Assembly (NCBI GenBank): GCA_041392555.1
Contig: JAWKLW010000005.1
Coordinates: 4,080 to 68,079 of the forward strand
From: Saprospiraceae bacterium
GTDB taxonomy: Bacteria > Bacteroidota > Bacteroidia > Chitinophagales > Saprospiraceae
DNA: 64,000 nt
Direction of reading: 5' to 3'
Under the pieces are notes generated by a model. That model made no database searches, was not told the DNA's origin, and saw only the letters and a list, made by a program, of their open reading frames with translations. The position numbers and the translations under genes are program-made. Below, piece by piece: positions 58,262-64,000 of the stretch. The number at the start of each line of letters is the position of its first letter. Position 1 is the first letter of the stretch.

Positions 58262-58606
58262 TTATTTCACTTTATCAACTATAGCTTTAAAAGTTTCAGG
58301 TTCATTCATCGCCAAATCTGCAAGTACCTTCCTGTTAAGCTCAATATTATTTGTTTTTAAAGCATGCATAAATCTACTATATGACATACCGTAAGCTCTA
58401 ACACCTGCATTTATCCTGGCAATCCATAAAGCTCTGAAAGCTCTCTTTTTATTTTTTCTGTCTCTATAAGCATAAGCCCATCCTTTTTCAACAGAATTTT
58501 TTGCTACTGTAAAGACATTTTTCCTAGCACCAAAATATCCTTTTGCTGCTTTGAGAATTTTTTTTCTCCTTGCTCTTGATGCTACCGCATTTACTGACCT
58601 TGGCAT
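58262..58606 (-). CDS. rplT: 50S ribosomal protein L20
   Basis: [19 protein letters not shown]...YRDRKNKKR...WIARINA. Confidence 0.95.
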   Translation of the reverse strand: MPRSVNAVASRARRKKILKAAKGYFGARKNVFTVAKNSVEKGWAYAYRDRKNKKRAFRALWIARINAGVRAYGMSYSRFMHALKTNNIELNRKVLADLAMNEPETFKAIVDKVK

Positions 58607-58676
58607 AGTTCTAATTTTAAAAATACAGGGATTCTAATGAATTCTTTGATCCTGTATCATCGTTAATTAATAATTT

Positions 58677-58871
58677 TTATAATCCCAATAGATTTCTTAC
58701 TCTTGCTAAATTAGATTTATCCAACATTGCTGCTGACCTCAAATTCCTTTTAGATTTTTTGGATTTTTTCCTCATCAAGTGAGATGCACTGGAATGAAAA
58801 TGCTTAATCTTTCCTGTACCAGTGATTTTAAATCTTTTTTTAGCTCCTGAATGTGTTTTTTGTTTAGGCAT
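58677..58871 (-). CDS. rpmI: 50S ribosomal protein L35
   Basis: [23 protein letters not shown]. 64 aa. Confidence 0.95.
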   Translation of the reverse strand: MPKQKTHSGAKKRFKITGTGKIKHFHSSASHLMRKKSKKSKRNLRSAAMLDKSNLARVRNLLGL

Positions 58872-59035
58872 AATTCTCCTTTTTTAAAATAGTTTGCAAA
58901 GATATTTTAATATTATTAATATACAAATAAAATTCATTGAAAAATTATTATATTTACCTTAAAATGTAAAATATATTCACAATTTTATAAAAATATCGAC
59001 GTTTTTCAGATCTAAATAATAAATATCTAACAATT

Positions 59036-59491
59036 ATGAATAAATTTATTATTCTATTGATTTTCATATCAACTTCATGTTCTATTTCAAAAAAGAATAA
59101 CAACAATTCTCCTGTAAATGTTGAAAAAGTAGTTTTAGATGATTCAAATATTATAAAAACAAGTTCAAACTTAATTGAATTTGACAAAAAACTATATCAA
59201 TTAGGAAAGGTAAAAAAAGGTGACAAAATAGATTTCACCATTGGCTTTAAAAACTCATCCGATACAATTATTTATATAGATTTCATTTCTACATGCGATT
59301 GCACATTTGTAGAATTTCCAAGAAAAGGAATTAAACCTGGAGAAAGCAACCAACTTTTTGTAACTTTTGATAGTACTGAAAAAAATGAAAGTGAAACGAC
59401 TGACATCGATGTATTCTTGAAAAACAGAGACCCAAAGACAGGAAGCCAAAAATATTACACTATTCCATACTCTTTTGAGTTGGTTAAATAA
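59036..59491 (+). CDS. DUF1573 domain-containing lipoprotein
   Basis: Lipobox (ISTSC) and the pattern F.F..LGKVKKGDK..F.F.N.....I.........C.C.......I.PGES. Confidence 0.6.
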   Translation: MNKFIILLIFISTSCSISKKNNNNSPVNVEKVVLDDSNIIKTSSNLIEFDKKLYQLGKVKKGDKIDFTIGFKNSSDTIIYIDFISTCDCTFVEFPRKGIKPGESNQLFVTFDSTEKNESETTDIDVFLKNRDPKTGSQKYYTIPYSFELVK

Positions 59492-59498
59492 TTTTGAA

Positions 59499-59852
59499 AT
59501 GAGCGATAATCCATTTGATATACTTTCAGAACTTAATTTTGAAAACTCAGAATATGAAAATGAAGAATTGGAGCAAGAAGAACAAGCTTCAACAATTCAA
59601 GATTATTCAAATATTAAATTGAGAATATGGCTAGAAAAAAAACACAGAGCAGGCAAACCAGTTTCACTTATTACTGGATTTGATGACAAAGATATAGATT
59701 TAAAGGAATTATCAAAGACTATTAAATCCAAATTGGGTGTGGGAGGTTCTGTGAAAAATTCTGAAATTATAATTCAAAGTCAAAACAGAGATGAAATTAT
59801 AAATATCTTGAAAGCTTCAGGTTTTAAGGATGTAAAAAAAGCAGGAGGATAA
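59499..59852 (+). CDS. translation initiation factor SUI1/YciH-like
   Basis: RAGKPVSLITGF...LKELSKTIKSKLGVGGSVKN.EIIIQ..NRDEIINILKASGF. ATG 59499 is preferred over the TTG at 59475. Confidence 0.8.
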   Translation: MSDNPFDILSELNFENSEYENEELEQEEQASTIQDYSNIKLRIWLEKKHRAGKPVSLITGFDDKDIDLKELSKTIKSKLGVGGSVKNSEIIIQSQNRDEIINILKASGFKDVKKAGG

Positions 59853-60129
59853 AATTCAGCTTTTATTTCATGTTAACTGAAATTAATGTCGCATTAAAAT
59901 CCACATACACAATATATTATTTACTTAAATTAAATTCAAGAAGTTTATAACCATATAAAATACATCTAACTTTCATTGCAATATGATATAATCCCTTCTA
60001 AAGGAAACTCATTTTTTATCAATTTATATCGCAATCAGTTTTTATAAGATTCTATTTTTTCTTAATTTTACGGCAATTTTAAATAAATTGTTCATAATTG
60101 CTAATTGTATATAACAAAAGATAGTCACA

Positions 60130-60660
60130 ATGGATTATAAAGTATTAGAAAAGAAATTATCACATTACAATGAAGTATTGAATAACACCAAACAATACAG
60201 AAAAGATTGGAATGACAACCTCAAAAACACTATAATGGAAACACTTGAGGAAATCATTGAAAATTCTGGTATGGATGCAGAAATTGATGAACATGATCAA
60301 TTTGCAGGATTAGAGACCATTACATTATCATTGGGGATAGTCGAAAGTGGAATATCAGAAAAAATAGATGATAATATTGAGAAACCCCTTATCCGAAGTA
60401 ATGGCAACCTTTTGTTCCAACAATTATTTAATGGTAAAATTTCAATTTGGATCAACTACCCATTTATAGAAGGTGTAGGAGAACCTAAACAGCCAAAAAT
60501 GTTGGAAATAGTTAGACCAAATGAATTAAAAGAAATAAATATATTACGATATTTTGAAAATTTTATCGATGAATTAACGGAATGGGAAGACTTTGACGAT
60601 GACAAACCTCCGGTAACCGGTATTGGGTTCAACCACCAGTCTGCAGCTCTAAAACAATAG
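60130..60660 (+). CDS. hypothetical protein
   Basis: An intact 176-aa ORF. No family recognised. Confidence 0.45.
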   Translation: MDYKVLEKKLSHYNEVLNNTKQYRKDWNDNLKNTIMETLEEIIENSGMDAEIDEHDQFAGLETITLSLGIVESGISEKIDDNIEKPLIRSNGNLLFQQLFNGKISIWINYPFIEGVGEPKQPKMLEIVRPNELKEINILRYFENFIDELTEWEDFDDDKPPVTGIGFNHQSAALKQ

Positions 60661-60665
60661 AAGAA

Positions 60666-61631
60666 ATGTTCTTTAATTCTGTCAAAAAAGGTGACAACTC
60701 CCCTATCCAGTATATTACTACAATTGTATTGGTATTCATGGGTTATGCATTTGGCTATGTAAATTTATATTCTATCATCTGGATCAAAATGCAATATGAC
60801 AATAGCATTGGAACAGATGCATTGAATGAGTTTTCTAAAAATCCTGATTTTACAATCTTAAACATCAATCAAAATATTGGATTTTTAATTCTATTATCAA
60901 TATTTGTATTTGCTTTAGCAGGTTTATATCTTGGGATAACATTTGTCCACAAAAGAAATTTCAAAAGCCTGTTTGCATTTAATGAACGAATCGACTGGAG
61001 AAGATACTTTTGGAGTACTTCTGTTTGGTTTTTGATTTTAATAACAATCGAAGTAATTTCATTTTTAATAAATCCTGACAACTATACTTTCCAAAAACCC
61101 ACATTTCAATTTATATTTTTGATAATCATATCTTTGGTAATTTTACCTCTTCAGACATCTTTTGAAGAATTATTTATAAGAGGATATATTTTCCAATCCA
61201 TAGGTTATAATACCAAAAATATCTACATAGGATTTATTTTTAGTATTGTTATTTTTGCCTTTATGCATAGTGGAAATCCGGAAATTTCAAATTACGGATA
61301 TTTCAAAATGATGTCATATTACATAGTCGCAGGCTTGATTTTGGGATTACTTATAATTTACGATGACAGAATCGAATTGGCAATTGGAGTTCATTCTGCT
61401 ACCAATATGTTTGGAGCAGTTATGCTTACTTATGAAGGAGCTGCAATTCAAACTGCATCATTATTCAAAACCAAAGAAGTAGATCCATTGTTGCTTTCAT
61501 TCCAATTCTTAATAGCAGGTATATTTTTTATATTTTTAGCTTCAAAAAAGTACAATTGGAAATTAATCACAAAGGCTAATTTTTATAAAAAACTTAATTC
61601 AAATGAATTTAAAAATTCTGATACAGTATAA
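60666..61631 (+). CDS. CPBP-family intramembrane glutamic endopeptidase
   Basis: SFEELFIRGYIFQ (EExxxR), FAFMHSGNPE (FxxxH) and the HSATN motif. Polytopic. Confidence 0.75.
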   Translation: MFFNSVKKGDNSPIQYITTIVLVFMGYAFGYVNLYSIIWIKMQYDNSIGTDALNEFSKNPDFTILNINQNIGFLILLSIFVFALAGLYLGITFVHKRNFKSLFAFNERIDWRRYFWSTSVWFLILITIEVISFLINPDNYTFQKPTFQFIFLIIISLVILPLQTSFEELFIRGYIFQSIGYNTKNIYIGFIFSIVIFAFMHSGNPEISNYGYFKMMSYYIVAGLILGLLIIYDDRIELAIGVHSATNMFGAVMLTYEGAAIQTASLFKTKEVDPLLLSFQFLIAGIFFIFLASKKYNWKLITKANFYKKLNSNEFKNSDTV

Positions 61632-61695
61632 ATAAAAAAGTAAATCCCAATAGATATATTTTTGGGAAAAACTTAAAACGAAAAACTTTAAAATC

Positions 61696-63495
61696 ATGAA
61701 ATTTATATACTTTATATTTATAAGTATTTATTCAAATATTATATTTTCACAAAATTGTGATTATTGGCAGCAAAAAGTAGATTATAAAATAACATGTGAA
61801 GTAGATAAAAACAAAATTGAAGGACAAGAAAAAATAGTTTATTACAATAATTCACCTGATACTCTGCATAAAATATATTTTCATCTTTACTACAATGCTT
61901 TTCAAAAAGAGAGTATGATGAGCAAAAGAGCCCAGACTATTGTCGATCCCGAAAGGAATATGGACAAAAAATTTGAAGCGCTGAAAGAAAAAGATTCAGG
62001 TAAAGTAGAAATCTCCTCATTAAAACAAGATAATAACAATTTGGATTTTGAAATAATAGAAACAATACTTAAAGCTAAATTAGATTCCCCTCTTGCACCT
62101 GGTGACAGCACAGTGTTTGACTTATCATTTAAAACTCAAATCCCTGAGTTAATTCGCAGAGCCGGAATGGATTCCAATGAAGGAATCAAATATAATATGG
62201 CTCAGTGGTATCCTAAAATAGTAGAATACGACTATCAGGGATATCACCCCGATTTTTATATCGGCAGAGAATTCTATGGAGTTTGGGGAAATTATGATGT
62301 TACCATCAATATCGATAGCAAATATACTGTTGCTGCAGGTTGCGATTATTTTGAAAAATCAACTATCGGAGATAAAACCAAATGGCATTTTACAAGTAAA
62401 AATGTACATGATTTTGTTTGGGCAGCAGATGAAGATTATGTCCATTATAGTATTCAGGCAGATAGCTTGACAACATTTCATTTTTACTATCAAAATGAAG
62501 GGATAAGAAAAGAATCATGGCCAAAATTGGGAAATATTATGAAAGATGCCTTCAAATTCATGAATTCAAGATATGGAAGATATCAGTACCCAACATATAG
62601 CTTCATCGAAGCAGGTGATGGTGGCATGGAATATCCATTGGCAACATTTATTACCGGCAAAAGGTCTATAAATAGTCTGACCGGGATTTCCATTCACGAA
62701 TTTTTGCATAGCTGGTATCAAATGCAATTAGCAACCAATGAGAGTCTTTATCCATGGATGGATGAGGGATTTACAAGTTTTGCAACTATCGAGGTCATGG
62801 AATACTTAATAAACAGAGGAGAATTAGACAGAGAATTCCCTGATTTCCCTTTTGAAAATGATTATAATAATTTTATGAAATTTCAAGATTCGAATATATC
62901 TGAGCCAATGAGTACCCATTCAGACAGATACGACACTAACCTTGCCTACAGCTTGAATGCATACAACGGAGGATTAGTATTTTTGGAGCAATTGGAATAT
63001 ATTATTGGGAAACAAGACTTTGATAAGGGATTACTCGACTACTTCAATAAATGGAAATTTAAACATCCCACTCCCAACGATTTTATTAGAGTAATGGAAA
63101 AAAATTCTGACTTAGAATTACATTGGTATTTACAATACTTTATAGATGGATTATACTTCATTGATTATTCTATTGCAAATGTTGAACCTAAAAACAAAAA
63201 CACAACAAAAATAACCTTAGAAAACAACGGAGATTTTCCAATGCCGATTGATGTTTTGGTGACTTTGAAAGATGGAACTATAAAATATTTTAACATTCCG
63301 CTGACTATGATGCTTGGACATAAAAAACAGGATGCTTATAATTTCACTGTACTACCAAGTTGGGATTGGGTAGATAAGAATTATGAATTTGAATTAGAAA
63401 TAAAATACTCTGATATTCAAAATATTGATATTAATCCGAGTCATAGATTAGCAGATATTGAATCCAATAATAACAAATGGATTAATCAGAATTAA
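61696..63495 (+). CDS. M1-family zinc metallopeptidase
   Basis: Signal peptide, HEFLHSW (HExxH) followed 18 residues later by WMDEGFTSF. Confidence 0.85.
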   Translation: MKFIYFIFISIYSNIIFSQNCDYWQQKVDYKITCEVDKNKIEGQEKIVYYNNSPDTLHKIYFHLYYNAFQKESMMSKRAQTIVDPERNMDKKFEALKEKDSGKVEISSLKQDNNNLDFEIIETILKAKLDSPLAPGDSTVFDLSFKTQIPELIRRAGMDSNEGIKYNMAQWYPKIVEYDYQGYHPDFYIGREFYGVWGNYDVTINIDSKYTVAAGCDYFEKSTIGDKTKWHFTSKNVHDFVWAADEDYVHYSIQADSLTTFHFYYQNEGIRKESWPKLGNIMKDAFKFMNSRYGRYQYPTYSFIEAGDGGMEYPLATFITGKRSINSLTGISIHEFLHSWYQMQLATNESLYPWMDEGFTSFATIEVMEYLINRGELDREFPDFPFENDYNNFMKFQDSNISEPMSTHSDRYDTNLAYSLNAYNGGLVFLEQLEYIIGKQDFDKGLLDYFNKWKFKHPTPNDFIRVMEKNSDLELHWYLQYFIDGLYFIDYSIANVEPKNKNTTKITLENNGDFPMPIDVLVTLKDGTIKYFNIPLTMMLGHKKQDAYNFTVLPSWDWVDKNYEFELEIKYSDIQNIDINPSHRLADIESNNNKWINQN

Positions 63496-63767
63496 TACAG
63501 ATATAAATTGAAATGGTTAATAAAACAATATTTAGAAGGGATAAAATATATTTTGTCAAAATCTTCTTAAGAAAAAAATCATTAAAAAATATTAAATTTT
63601 TACAATTAAATAATTCCCAAATTCAACAAACAAATGCAACTTACAAAAAGATGAGAGAGAGATGAGATAAAATAAATTTTTCAAAACAAAGAAGAAGGAA
63701 AAAATCCTACTTCTCTGCTTTGATGGAATTTGATTATCTTAGCCCCTGTCGTCCAAAAAAAGTTGCT

Positions 63768-64000
63768 ATGAATAAACATTTAACCTTGGAGCAAAGATAT
63801 ACAATTTCAGTAATGATACAAAATAAATATTCTCAAACTGACATTGCAAAAACAATTGGCAAACACAAATCTAAAGTTTGTAGAGAATTGAAACGCAATA
63901 GTGACAAACGTAATGGAGAATACAAAGCTGATTTAGCACAAAAAAATATACTAAAAGACTCAAAGAAAAACCTAAAAAACATAAATTTACTAAATCAGTC
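63768..64000 (+). mobile_element. IS30-family transposase gene, 5' part (runs off the window)
   Basis: MNKHLTLEQRYTISVMIQNKYSQTDIAKTIGKHKSKVCRELKRN is the typical IS30 N-terminal HTH. Confidence 0.7.

Overview
A very AT-rich (about 30% G+C by eye, not computed) chromosomal segment. I place it in Bacteroidota from three cues: T9SS type A and type B C-terminal sorting domains, DUF4252/DUF4340/DUF1573-type genes, and TAnnTTTG -7 promoter boxes.

Most of the window is housekeeping: aroC, fbp, rsmI, ribE, mazG, rpsO, pnp, recG, rpmI-rplT, a SUI1-like factor, an acyl-CoA carboxyltransferase, a THUMP methyltransferase, a LolE-like permease, an M1 peptidase and two ECF sigma modules. Three large T9SS-secreted surface proteins are also present.

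The one clearly accessory stretch lies directly 3' of tRNA-Glu(UUC), about 13.3-20.1 kb. It holds:
- an orphan 369-aa protein with a glycine-zipper C-terminal helix;
- an orphan ~333-aa protein I cannot place in a named family;
- an AAA-ATPase/RloB-like pair, which is AbiL/OLD-PARIS-like defence architecture;
- a ~1.27-kb IS with 20-bp terminal inverted repeats that truncates a T9SS cargo gene.

The island cargo is arranged like cassettes. Each unit ends in a GC-rich imperfect hairpin. Two units are followed by a 175-bp module that is 94% identical and repeated exactly 1,270 bp apart.

Many genes across the window are broken by 1-nt indels, mostly in short homopolymers, and these include rpsO and pnp. 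Assembly or sequencing error is therefore a strong alternative to real pseudogenisation.

All family calls come from motif recognition by eye. No searches were run.
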